Below are positions 1 to 10,888 of a stretch of DNA of 64,000 bases, one piece after another. The DNA is from Azolla caroliniana (Eukaryota; Plantae; Polypodiophyta), in contig JBHGNT010000014.1 in assembly GCA_043228905.1 (NCBI GenBank), positions 19,034,001 through 19,098,000 on the forward strand, given 5' to 3'. Numbering within the stretch: position 1 is the first letter of the stretch; each line of letters starts with the position of its first letter. The notes under the pieces are model-generated. The model searched no databases. It saw nothing but the letters and a program-made list of their open reading frames with translations, and was not told the DNA's origin. The translations under genes and the position numbers were made by a program.

Positions 1-1879
1 GATTGATTCGAAATTATTTGTGGTCTGGTAATGATGGAAGCCATGCTAGGGCAAAAGTCTCTTGGTCCACAATTGTTAAGCCATTGGATCAAGGAGGATT
101 AGGGATTCTGGATCCATTACAACAATCGAAAGCTTTAATGGCAAAATTGGTGATTCGAGGATTATTGCCAGGATCGGAACCTTGGAAACAATTGTTGTTT
201 TATGAATTGCAAAGGTTTTGTCCCAAGACGGGTGGAGATTGGACGCCTAGTGCTAGATGGGCTTTTATGGAACATAATAAATTGGCTATTGCTACAAGTT
301 GGGAAGATAGATTTGCTCGATGTGTTCTTAAAGCATGGAAAGATATTTCTCGTGATTTAGTTAAGACATTGCCAAAAACAGAATCTGAATTCTGTAGGCA
401 ACCGCTGATTTGGAATTCATGGTTGACTGACCTAAGAGGACAAATGTTGGGAAAGCGTACTAAATGTGCATGGGCAGAATTAGATCGTGGGCCAGCACAG
501 TCTATAGGTGCATGGATAACTTTTTTGTCTAAATCTATAGATCAACAAATGCTATTAATTAGTAATATAAGGGGTGGCAAGATAATGTATTCTGCGATCC
601 AGAATGCCCTTGTTAATGTTCAAATGCAAATTGGATATACTACACACAAGTGGATGGGTTTATTTACTCCATTGGATGTTTTAATTGGAGTGAAAGCCTA
701 TATTGGGGAACAAGAATGCATGACTTTTGATGTACAGGATGATGGTAGGTTAATCTGTACATCTATGGAACATGATTTGTTTAGTTTTTGTTTACATAAA
801 GAAGTGAGGGTGATTGCAAATGATGGATCAAATTGGGTATTAGACCCGGATCCTCAAAAGGTGAATTGTTTGTGGAGGATTTGGATTTTGGAAAGGAGAT
901 CAATATCTACACTAACTTGGGATCCTGGAGAACTGTATTGGAAGGTGAGGATGCAAGATAACATCAAATATGTGCCGTTTTTTCAGTATTCTGTGAGGAT
1001 TGGTAGGAAAGTATTAGCTGCTAGATCATGGAAAGAACCAACTGCAAATATTGTTTGGAGACGAAATGAACTTTCTCCACAACATCTTAAACAATTTTGG
1101 AAATGGTTATGGGGTATAAAGATGAGTAGGAAAATTGTTGGTTTTCGATGGTTGTTGGTTCATAATGCTATACCAGTTAATGGGTGGCGAAAAGGAAATG
1201 TAGACAAGATGTGTCCTTTTTGTAGAGATGTAATAGAGACTGCTAAACATTGTTTGTGGAGTTGTGGTTTTGCTATGGATATATGGAAACAAATTATAAA
1301 ATTTTTAATTCCAATATATCCTAGAGCAGTGTACACATGGGGTGCAGTATTATGGGCAGCGGTACATGATAAACCGATGGAATATGAACATGAGGAGGTT
1401 GCGGATGCTATTATGGTGAGGCCTGGTATGATGGAAAAAATTTTGCTCCCTCCGAATCCACAAATACAAACTGATAAACCTCAAATATGGCAATTGGTAA
1501 GCAGTATTACAATTTGGTATATTTGGAAGGCTCGATGTTTGAAGGTATTTCAAAATATGACTGAAAGACCTGCTCAAATAATCTCCGGAATTTGGATAGA
1601 GATTGTACATAATCTTAGAGGGATTTTGGATGGTATAAAAGGTAATACGCATCAAGCGGAGCTTAGGCGGGTGGAGTTTCATGCCATTTGGGACATAGGT
1701 ATATTTTATAGACGGTATTTTGGTAAGGTGGAGTGGTTCTACTCAACACCAAAGTGTTTATTCAAGCCAATGGTTAGACTTTAGAAAAATATAGGGGATC
1801 GGTATAGCTTGTATGTTTAGCCTTATGGCGGTTTTCTAATACTAATGTAGTATCTTTTTTTGGAAAAAAAAAAAAAAAA
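1..1879 (+). mobile_element. 3' end of an L1-clade LINE with short 3' UTR and poly(A) tail
   Basis: ORF2 stop at 1784, followed by a ~80-bp UTR and an A-run at 1864-1879. Confidence 0.88.
3..1784 (+). CDS. L1-type LINE ORF2, C-terminal part (post-RT region plus zf-RVT zinc-binding domain); runs off the window start
   Basis: 593-aa open frame with the plant L1 motif 'RNYLWSG...KVSWSTIVKPLDQGGLGI', the zf-RVT motif 'CPFC...ETAKHCLWSC' and 'IWYIWKARCLKVFQN'. Confidence 0.9.
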   Translation: MIRNYLWSGNDGSHARAKVSWSTIVKPLDQGGLGILDPLQQSKALMAKLVIRGLLPGSEPWKQLLFYELQRFCPKTGGDWTPSARWAFMEHNKLAIATSWEDRFARCVLKAWKDISRDLVKTLPKTESEFCRQPLIWNSWLTDLRGQMLGKRTKCAWAELDRGPAQSIGAWITFLSKSIDQQMLLISNIRGGKIMYSAIQNALVNVQMQIGYTTHKWMGLFTPLDVLIGVKAYIGEQECMTFDVQDDGRLICTSMEHDLFSFCLHKEVRVIANDGSNWVLDPDPQKVNCLWRIWILERRSISTLTWDPGELYWKVRMQDNIKYVPFFQYSVRIGRKVLAARSWKEPTANIVWRRNELSPQHLKQFWKWLWGIKMSRKIVGFRWLLVHNAIPVNGWRKGNVDKMCPFCRDVIETAKHCLWSCGFAMDIWKQIIKFLIPIYPRAVYTWGAVLWAAVHDKPMEYEHEEVADAIMVRPGMMEKILLPPNPQIQTDKPQIWQLVSSITIWYIWKARCLKVFQNMTERPAQIISGIWIEIVHNLRGILDGIKGNTHQAELRRVEFHAIWDIGIFYRRYFGKVEWFYSTPKCLFKPMVRL

Positions 1880-2789
1880 CTATAGTGTAACTAAAATGAA
1901 AGAGAGTTATATTGCCATCTTGAATAAAAGAATGGACAAGTTGCTCATAAACATGTAGTTTTCAAACATCTTTAAAGACTCCTATGAAGCTTTAACGAAA
2001 ATAAAAAGTCTATGGAAGATGCAAAGTAACCAATATCACACGGCAATAAATGAATATTAATTTGTTAGATATTCTATTAGGGAGAGGTAAAAAAAGAGCA
2101 TGCCATTTGATAAAGTAAAATTAGGTTTCAATTTGTTTAGGATTTATTGTAGTTGAGGGAATTTTTTTGGATCATTATGTATCAAAATTTTAATGTTTGA
2201 TGAAGATTGCAATGGTTTGCTTACGACTTGTATTGGGTCAAGAATCACTGTGGATTTTTCTAGATAAAAAAACAATAACCAGGCGAAAATCTATGTATAA
2301 AATTGTTGATGTTTTGCATATTGTAAGGGATCGATCACTTAACATTGTCGAGCTTGCTCTGCAACAATTGCAATGGAATTTTTAGACCCTAAGATTGGAG
2401 CAACTAAGCAAACTGTATATTAATCACTAAGGAAAATTATGCTCAATGGGATTCAAACCTAAAACTCTGGGAAGTCTAACACCCTACCGTCCGGGGACAC
2501 CGGTGTTGCGAAGTTTCACGCATGTGTGTTACTTGGGCTGGACCACGGGGGTCTTGGACTAGGGAGTACTCACGGGATAGAGAAGACCCGAGGTTTGCTT
2601 TACGACAATACTACTTCCTGACCCCTTCTCGAGCAAGGTCTCGTTGCCCTTTGTTTTGTGACGCCGGTGGCTCTCGTTGATCACGACTCGTCGACCTTTC
2701 GAGATCATCGCACGAGCCAAGTGACCAAACGGGTACAAGCAAGATGAGCACGCAACATGAATGCACAAGGGGACGATAACACAAACACG

Positions 2790-3200
2790 AATGTCCGTAC
2801 GTCTTTATGAGGAGAAGAGGTACATGGGCAAGCTCGAACGCTCCCTCGTCACAAGACGTCTGAACGTACAAGGAAGACACAAACACACGCACTAAATGCT
2901 CGTACGCCTTTATGAGGAGGAGAGGTGCATGGGCAAGCCCGAAACGGTTCCTCGTCATAAGACGGCCGAACGTACAAGGAAGACACACACACACACACAC
3001 ACAAATGCTCGTACGTCTTTATGAGGAGGAGAGGTGCATGGGCAAGCCCGAACGATCCCCTCATCACAAGACGACCGAACGTACACGGAAGACACAAACA
3101 AATGCACAAATGCTCGTACGTCTTTATGAGGAGGAGAGGTGCATGGGCACGCCCGAAACACTCCCTCGTCACAAGACGGCCAAACGTACAAGGAAGACAC
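2790..3200. repeat. Four tandem ~105-bp units
   Basis: 'AATGCTCGTACGTCTTTATGAGGAGGAGAGGTGCATGGGCAAGCCCGAAC...CAAGACG..CGAACGTACAAGGAAGACAC' recurs at ~2790, 2895, 3003 and 3108. Confidence 0.92.
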
Positions 3201-3756
3201 GAATAAAGAAAGAAGGAGAGAAAGAAACACGAATGATATCGACCAAAGAGATAAACACGTGTTCGATTCCAACGCAAGAGGACCCTTTATAAAATAGGGT
3301 TTTGTTTACAATGGCAACTTATAGTTAACCACAAGCTTAATCAAAACATAAATATTAAATGCCCTTAGAGACAAAAGCGAATCCGAACACGACAAAAATG
3401 AACACACGAGCACCACCAAAATGCCAATCCCAACGAACCACGACCTCCCGAACGGCGAGCACACGGGCTCGTAACGACGAACCAACGAAGCTTGGGCTCA
3501 TGAGCACTTCGAGTGCCGACGCGAAGAAGACGAGCACATGGCGATGGGGGGGATGAAGGGGTATGAGATGAAGAGAAGTGGTGAATAAGAAGATGAAGAG
3601 CTTTGAAGGAAAATTGGCGATGGTCTCCTCCTCCCAAAACGTCCTCCCGAATGAGCCCCCATCGACCTCCGCTTATAGGAAAAAAAGGAAAGGGGGTCGC
3701 CAATTTTGTCTTCAATGAGAAAGGAATAAAATTCCTTAAATCACACTACATTATAA

Positions 3757-3823
3757 GACTAGATTTGAACCATGGACCTCTAACTAGTAGTCAATGTGAC
3801 TATCCACTAACCCACTAACTCCC
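3757..3823 (-). pseudogene. Degenerate tRNA-like module (resembles tRNA-Arg)
   Basis: Minus strand reads GGGAGTTAGTGGGTTAGTGGATAGTCACATTGACTACTAGTTAGAGGTCCATGGTTCAAATCTAGT, with A-box-like, TGACTAC, AGGTC and B-box-like motifs in tRNA spacing. Confidence 0.5.
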
Positions 3824-4358
3824 TCTTATATAATATGTAATTCTATCTCTATAAATTCATAGCCTATCTCCCCTCTACCTTTTATCTCTCCTCTCTCTTA
3901 CTTTTTGCACGAGCTTCTATACCTCCTTTCCACCCTTTCTTTTCCTTTTTATTTTGCATATGCACAACTAATCGCTTTTGCACATTGCACATGCACATTT
4001 TTGACCCCCCCCTTTCGCCGGTTTTTCCCACTCTCGAGCACGTCACATCACGACACCGTCCCTAGGGACATTTTATGAAGTAAGTCCTTGAGGACCTAGG
4101 AAATTGTCTGTGATGGACATTTCGTAACTAAGGTCCTTCGAAGACCTAGAACATCATCCCCGAAAGACTTTTGTGCCTAGATGCGAAGGGAACAACACAA
4201 ACTATTAACTATAGAACTTGAAAATCAAAAGGAAAGAAATCAAAGAAAAAAACAAGAGGAGCAACAAGAATGGGCCTCTTCGGAGAGAGAGAGAGAGAGA
4301 GATTCTATTATCATCTTTAAAAGTCAAATATGATTTATGAGACCAAAAATATTACATT

Positions 4359-4700
4359 TCACATGTTACATGTGAAAGTGAGTAGCGACTCTCGATGTTC
4401 AAGTACTTTACCAATGAAAGTTGCAACCGAGAGTGCACATTTTGGTTGTGACAGAAATTCGTGCAAGGATTCAGCTTGGTCAAAGATGTGTAGAAATGGT
4501 CGAATATGATCAAAGGCAGAGCATTTTATCAAAGTGTGATACTTATGCTCTCGAACTTGTTTAGGGCAAAGTGTGCATAGCCGACCACTCTCATCACTTC
4601 TGCCCCAACGCCCTACCTCAGATTGCAATGCATGTGTGCAGTCGTATGGAAGCAATGGTTCAAATGGTAGATAACGAGATGGGCTCTAACATGTATCAAT
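4359..4700 (-). mobile_element. LINE ORF2 C-terminal Cys/His fragment (non-L1, RTE/CR1-like)
   Basis: 'EVGRW...RLCTLC..QVREHKYHTLIKCSAFDHIR'; same motif type as the 18020-18457 ORF. Confidence 0.65.
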
Positions 4701-4729
4701 GTCGTATGAAAAAAAAAGTAATTAAAAAA

Positions 4730-4820
4730 AAACTTTCACCCAAAATCCGATGCATTGCATCGAATTTCTATTGAAAATAGTGAAATTCGATGCAATGCAT
4801 CGAATTTTGGTTGAAAGTTT
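4730..4820. repeat. Near-perfect inverted repeat (hairpin) with nested palindromes
   Basis: AAACTTTCACCCAAAATCCGATGCATTGCATCGAATTTC-loop-GAAATTCGATGCAATGCATCGAATTTTGGTTGAAAGTTT. Confidence 0.85.
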
Positions 4821-6359
4821 CAACAAGAATCTAATGCATCGGATTCTAGTTGAAAACAACAAAGTTTATTTATTTAATTAATTAGTGAAAAAAAAAACAC
4901 TTTCAACGAGAATCTTATGCACTACAACATATTCTTGTTGATATCAGCAAAATCAAGGTACTAAAAGAGAAGATCCCAAATGCGGCTCTAGACACAACAC
5001 AAACAAACCAGAAGCATGACTCATAACCACGGTGAGGTTGGATTGCAATTGGATATAAACAATGCATTAGTTACCACTGATGATGAGGATGAGACCTCAT
5101 AAACTTCTACTAGTTCATCTGATGGGTCTAAATATGATTGCGTAGACTTGGAAAACAATAGTTCTGATACATGAGAGTAAATATTATATTGTACAACAAA
5201 ACCTATATTTACGAATTTCTATAAATATAGGTGGTAGTCATTTCGGACATTCATTTGTAAGTTTGGCATGTCCATTATTTAGGCATTATGTGGAACACCT
5301 AAATTTCCGCACATGATAGAAATCAATATATTTTGGGGTCATTTTTGAAAATATTTTATGCATGCTACACCCCTTTTTGTGAATCGACCTATTTTGTGTC
5401 ATTTTTTGACAGACAGTTCTCAAAATGTCCCGATGTTTTTTCACTTTTTTAGATAATAGTGGGTAGAGTAGAATCAATAGAGCCTTGTTGGGTTGTTTCA
5501 ATATGATATATATATATGCATGTGATGGAAAAGAGACCACACATTCATCACTTGCAGTCTCCTCCCTATTCTTCCTTCAACAAGTTGAACTATACATCAT
5601 AGTGTATTACATGACCTTATGGGATACCTAGTTCTCAATTGCAAAAATGGTTGATTATCTAACTTATACTCATTTACATATATTATCACGTTACAAAAGC
5701 CCTTCGTATGGCCATTATTGATGACCCAAGCTTTCTACCTTTGATCGTTTGGGCTTCAGAGCATGCCATGTGCCACGTCTCTTCATCACTTGGGGATTTC
5801 CTTTCTTGATCACTTGGGCTTTTTCTCTAAAGCGGGATTTGTAAAGCACATGTGGCTCATCTTAATCACGTGTGGAAAAAATAGGACGTGAGGGGACACA
5901 TAAGCTTCATCTCTTGATCACCTAGAAGCTTCCCTCCTTTGATCATGTTGGGATTCCCTCTCTTGATCACCTAGGCTTCCTTCCCTTGATCACATGGGCT
6001 TTAAAGCCAGTGTGTTTCATCCCTTAATCACATGGGGAGAGAAAAAAAGTGCTTGGTGCTTGGTGCTTGGATGAACAAATGGAATTCCCCCAAAACCACA
6101 TGAGTTCATTGCCAACCCATTGCAATAACCTAATATTGTCTCCCTTATCAGGTTTACTCACATCCCCATGTGCAAAGTTTGCATAAGACAAAAGATTATT
6201 CTTGAGTGATCCACCTTCATATAATGTTATGATCATAGAATGAACCATACGTGCATTCGCATTCGAGAATAATTCAATCAAACATGTATGGTAAATCATC
6301 TCAAAGTTGGATTGGATTGAATGTACTATGGTCTATATTATATATGAGCAAGTCTCTCG

Positions 6360-6812
6360 GTGCATAACATGCCCAAGTGGCCTATCTGATTGCTTCACCA
6401 GCACCATTGGTGTAAATTAGGGTTGCCCCCTATCGCCGACTCTTTTTGGGATCTACATTGATGAGATCACTAATTTTATTGCTCGTAAGGGAGGCAATGG
6501 AGTAGCTATTGGGGGTAGGCAAGTTAGTCTCTTACCCTACGCAGACGACATCATCTTGCTCTCGGAGTCTGAACACGACCTACAAAAGCTTCTTAATGCC
6601 CTAGATGACTTTTGCACACAATGAGGACTGGTAGTGAATCTAGCGAAAACTAAAGTCCTTATCTTTCATATATCGTCCCGAGTTAGGAATAAATGTCACC
6701 TAATCCTCTCTCATAAACCAGTTGAGGTAGTTGGATCATATGTATACTTGGGAGTCACTTTTAGTGCTTGTTCAAGTAAATTCTCGATAACCCAGGCAAC
6801 CAAAGATAGGCT
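6360..6812 (+). mobile_element. Degenerate LINE reverse transcriptase, upstream portion (broken at 6812)
   Basis: Translates to 'GCPLSPTLFGIYIDE...LPYADDIILLSESEHDLQKLLNALDDFC..GLVVNLAKTKVLIF...YVYLGV..ATKDRL', with internal stops. Confidence 0.88.
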
Positions 6813-6849
6813 ACCGTCATCAACATCTCTTCGTTTCATATCTTCCTCG

Positions 6850-7400
6850 CCATCTCTATCTCCTAGTTTCTTCTCATCGTTGTTTGTCTTTTAGTTTCTC
6901 CCCCTCACCATCTTTATTTTTTAGTTTCTTCTGATCCTCCACATATCCATCTCCGTGTTTCTTATCATCATCATCCCCATCTTTGCGCTTCTTATCATCT
7001 TCCACATTCCTATCTCTACACTTTTTGTCATTGTCATCCTTCTCCCTGTGTTTCCTGCCGTTTTCATCTCTATCTATGTGTTTCTTATCTCCTAGTTTCT
7101 TCTCATCGTTGTCTCTGTCTTTTAGTTTCTCCTCATCATCGTCTCTGTTTTTTAGTTTCTTCTCATCCTCCACATATCTATCTCCGTGTTTCTTATCATC
7201 ATCATCATCCCTATCTTTGCGGTTCTTATCATCTTCCACAACCCTATCTCTACGTTTTTTGTCATTGTCATCCTTCTCCCTATGTTTCCTGCCGTTTTCA
7301 TCTCTATCTATGTGTTTCTTATCATCATCATCCCTATCTATGTGTTTTCTTATCATCTTCGTCCCTGCCACAATTTTTTCTATCATCCTCTATATCTCTG
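6850..7400. repeat. Low-complexity tandem duplication (~230-bp period) giving a D/K/R-rich ORF on the - strand and an S/L/F-rich ORF on the + strand
   Basis: 'TCTCCTAGTTTCTTCTCATCGTTGT' at ~6859 and ~7088; repeated 'KKHIDRDENGRKHREKDDNDKK' in the 6874-7386 ORF. Confidence 0.85.
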
Positions 7401-7778
7401 TATTTGCGTTTCTTTTTATCCTCAACGTCTCAATCTTTGTGTTTCTTATCCTCTTCATCTATTTTTTTCTCTATTTCCATCATTGCCATAGTCACAGGTT
7501 GCTTCCAGAGACGCTTCCTTAACATCATTGTCTTCATTGCTTCATCTTCGACATCATCATCTTCAACACCTCTTGGCATCGTCATCAACACTACTTTGCC
7601 TAGCCTTCATCGACACTTCCATCATTGCCATAATCATAGTCATTGCTTCCAGAGACGCTTCCTCAACATCATTGTCTTCATTGTTTCGTCTTTGCCATCG
7701 TCATCTTCAACACCTCTTGGTGTCGTCATCAACACTACTTTGTCTAGCCTTCATCGACGTGAAGTGTTCCAGTTCCCG

Positions 7779-7994
7779 GTGAGGACCGCACATGGTCGCT
7801 CACGTTCGTTCGTGTTCGTGTCTCTTGTGAGGACGCACAAGGTCGCTCACGCCTGTTCGTGTTCGTGTCTCCAATGAGGACTACACAAGGTCGCTCACGG
7901 CCGTTGGTGTCCCAATCTCCGGTGAGGACCGTACATGGTAACTTACGTCTGTTGGTGTTCTAGTCTCTGGTAAGGACTGCTCATGGTCACTCAC
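7779..7994 (+). repeat. Five tandem 47-48-bp units, each containing a stem-loop
   Basis: GTGAG-GACC-(6 nt)-GGTC-G-CTCAC and variants start at 7779, 7827, 7874, 7922 and 7970. Confidence 0.9.
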
Positions 7995-10279
7995 TCCTCA
8001 ACCTACTTCGGTTTTTCTATTTTAGCTAACCCCTACACCACACTTTCGAAAAGGCGGTCGTAAAGGGGAGGATAATGTCACAGACATGACAACAGTCATG
8101 TCAAGATTCAAACTCTTTACCTCTTGTTAAGCGTTTTGTTCTAAGTTCTAACCAACACATCCAAATACATAGTCATGTTATGCATATCTTAGTAGATTAT
8201 CTATTCCAAGTTCTATGAGTTTTTAGAACCTTCTAGAAACCTCCAAAGCTTCTGCATGAAAATGGGTCTATGCATGGAACTACATGTAGAGCCCACAAAC
8301 ATGTATAAATACTTGTAATCTCCTCGGTCGCTTTCAAGGGATTTAACGCCAATCATTGACACATCAATCTAGTATTCTTGTTTAGGCTCATCTTCTCTCC
8401 TTGATTTACATCTCTGTCTTTATGCTCTTGTATTGTTCAGGAACCATCATCTTGACCTTGGCTCACAACCTAATAACTAAATTTGTAGTGTAGACAATTG
8501 CAACCATTGTTAAGTGTTTTCTAATCTTTTATCTCCTAATATTGTGTTCTAATTAATTTCTTATTCATTTTCTTCTAAACATGTAGAAAATTCATAATAT
8601 TGATGAAGTTGAAAAAAAAGAATTGATTGACTGATATCTTCTAGATCCAAATTATAGATTGAAAGAGGATGAGGAGGATAATGATAAATTTATATCATCA
8701 TAGAGTGATGGTGCTTAATTCTTGTACTTATATACATTGTAATTTTTGTGCAATTTACTAAAGAAATGACTTTATTTTTTATTTTTTATTTTTTTCCCAA
8801 AAAAAGGAAATGACTTAATTAAAAGTGTTTCTATTTAATTGAAATAATTTTTGTGCAATTACCAATTGATCAAGAGAGCCATTGAGCAAGCAAAAAAGAA
8901 AAATTGTTGTACACTGAGTAGGGCATGATAAAAGCTCAAGAGTCAAAGTATAAATGGGAGAGTGTGAAAGGCAAAGAGCAAATGAGAGTGCTAGAGGAGA
9001 GACCATGAAAGAGTGTGTGAATTAAGAGTGTGTGAATTAATGTAGTGCACAAGTAAGAGAGAGCAAGAGATGTTAAACAAACAAATAGATTGGTAAAGAA
9101 AGAAATAAAGAAATTGTACGGTGTCACTAAATAGTTGCATTTTTATGTGATATAGGAACACTTTGCTTAACATTGAGCATAGCATTGTGTTTCTGCAAAG
9201 GCTATGTCATCCTTGTTCTATAGTAGTGCCATATTTCTCCTCAATCACCTCTAGTAGGCTTTGAACCCTTTCTAGCCATTAGCTAACTTTTAGGTAGCAC
9301 TTGATGGGGTTGTTTTAAACTTCTTCTCACTTGTTTTAAACTTGATCATGAAAAAGATGTAGGCATTCACTAGTTTAATGTGTGAAAGGATTGGTTAGAA
9401 ATACTTATGCATTGAATGTAAATTTAGAATGTTTTTTTTATAAAAAGGAGGATGTGCTTATGAGTAGAGAGTGATTTGCTAATTTAAATAAATCGTCAAA
9501 CCAAGGATTTGCTTTACGTATGTTAATCAAACTCTAAACAGTTTCTTTTTTTTTTCCAAAAAAATTCTACTTCCATTAGTTAAGAAAATGTACATAGGAT
9601 AGTATATAACTCATATGTTACAAGCCACTTTGCAATGGCTACAAGAAAACATCATGTATAAATGAAGCAACAAAGCCTCGTCACAGAATTACTCAACAGA
9701 CTCCCCTCAACATGAGCCTCACACAATCCACATTCAGCAAAGACACCCTCCAATATCTTCATGCACCGTAGAACCCTAAACAGTTTCCTATCAACCTCAC
9801 GTCCTCATGCACCGTAGAACAATATCATGTGAAAAATGCGACAAACTTCTCCTACGCGAACTTTTTGTGTGTCCATGTATTAACCCTACCATTACAATTT
9901 ACACAATAATAATATAAATATCAATGTTCACAAGTTCTTACCTATGGAGCAAACATGTACTATTAGAAAACTCGACACGGCACTTAATGAAAATGATCAT
10001 TACATGAATGCTTATAACACACTATACAACTCTACCATAGGCTAGGTTTTCGTGTGTCTTAAGAAAATATGAAGGCATTGTTTGCTATTATATTCATATT
10101 CATATTCATATCTTTACTAATTTAGAAACATAACTTTATTTATGTTGGTAAATCTGAAAATAGGAATCACACGTCGTGTTCCATAATTTAGAAACACAAC
10201 TTTATTTATGTTGGTAATTCTGAAAATAGGAATCACACATTGTGTCATGGAACGTGTTGGAAATGTGTTTGAATCATCA

Positions 10280-10792
10280 CTACAAAGGAATTGTTTGATT
10301 TGGAAGTGGATATGGAGGTGGAGGTGGAAGTGGAGGTGAAGGGGGTGGGGGTGAAGGAGGCGGAGGTGAAGGAGGTGGGGGTGAAGGAGGTGGTGAAGGA
10401 GGTGGAGGTGAAGGAGGTGGAGGTGAAGGAGGTGGGGGTGGGGGTGAAGGAGGTGGAGGTGAAGGAGGTGGGGGTGAAGGAGGAGGAGGTGCCGAAATGA
10501 GACGACATTCGATGAGAATTTGAAGTTGGGCAGTTGTGAAAGACGAGGATGGAATAGATTGCACAAGTACTCCAGGGGCACATGCAAGGAAGATGGTAGA
10601 ACAACAACTGATTGGCCTAGTGAGATTGTTGTTGCATAATGAGCTTGACAAAAGATCTTTCACAGTGCGAGCACACAAAGTAGGGTTGGTAATAGTAGCG
10701 TAGGTTGGTGATGCCCCATGAATGACAAAGGTTGTTAGAAAAAGCAACCCAAACAAAAGGAGGGAGTGTTGTAACTCCTTCTCCCCCATCAT
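10280..10792 (-). CDS. Secreted Cys-rich (prolamin-like) domain fused to an SPPPP extensin-like tail, 170 aa, intronless
   Basis: ATG at 10792; hydrophobic signal peptide 'LLLFGLLFLTTFVIHGA'; C-x12-C-x9-CC-x6-C-x24-C; about a dozen Ser-Pro3-6 repeats; upstream TATA. Confidence 0.75.
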   Translation of the reverse strand: MMGEKELQHSLLLFGLLFLTTFVIHGASPTYATITNPTLCARTVKDLLSSSLCNNNLTRPISCCSTIFLACAPGVLVQSIPSSSFTTAQLQILIECRLISAPPPPSPPPPSPPPPSPPPPPPSPPPPSPPPPSPPPSPPPPSPPPPSPPPPSPPLPPPPPYPLPNQTIPL

Positions 10793-10880
10793 AATATAAT
10801 TTGTGTAGTAGATGCTACTTATACAATAACGAATGTGCAAATAATTATGTTTGTTATTGCTAGTTAGGCTTCATGGGTTG

Positions 10881-10888
10881 TTTTATAG
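10881..10888 (-). promoter_or_regulatory. Putative TATA box of the extensin-like gene
   Basis: CTATAAAA on the - strand about 90 bp upstream of the ATG. Confidence 0.45.

Larger units (their letters stand above)
2504..4055. mobile_element. Probable solo LTR (gypsy-like) with an internal tandem array
   Basis: GC-richer block bounded by TGTTGCGA...TCACGACA (imperfect inverted TG..CA ends). No coding domains and no clean TSD seen. Confidence 0.4.
6813..8439 (+). mobile_element. 3' part of a non-autonomous LTR retroelement (repeat-rich internal region, PPT, 3' LTR)
   Basis: PPT AAAGGGGAGGATAA at 8062-8075; LTR TGTCAC...TGTTCA at 8076-8439, homologous to the reverse complement of 19089-19451; followed by GGAAC at 8440-8444. 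Confidence 0.85.

Noticed and set aside
7779-7994. CRISPR-like array (palindromic repeat plus spacer)
   Set aside because: The spacers resemble each other, the context is a eukaryotic LTR element, and there are no cas genes. It is a tandem repeat.
10117-10607. His/Leu-rich, Thr/Ser-rich and EVK-repeat ORFs
   Set aside because: These are alternative frames and the antisense strand of the SPPPP repeat.
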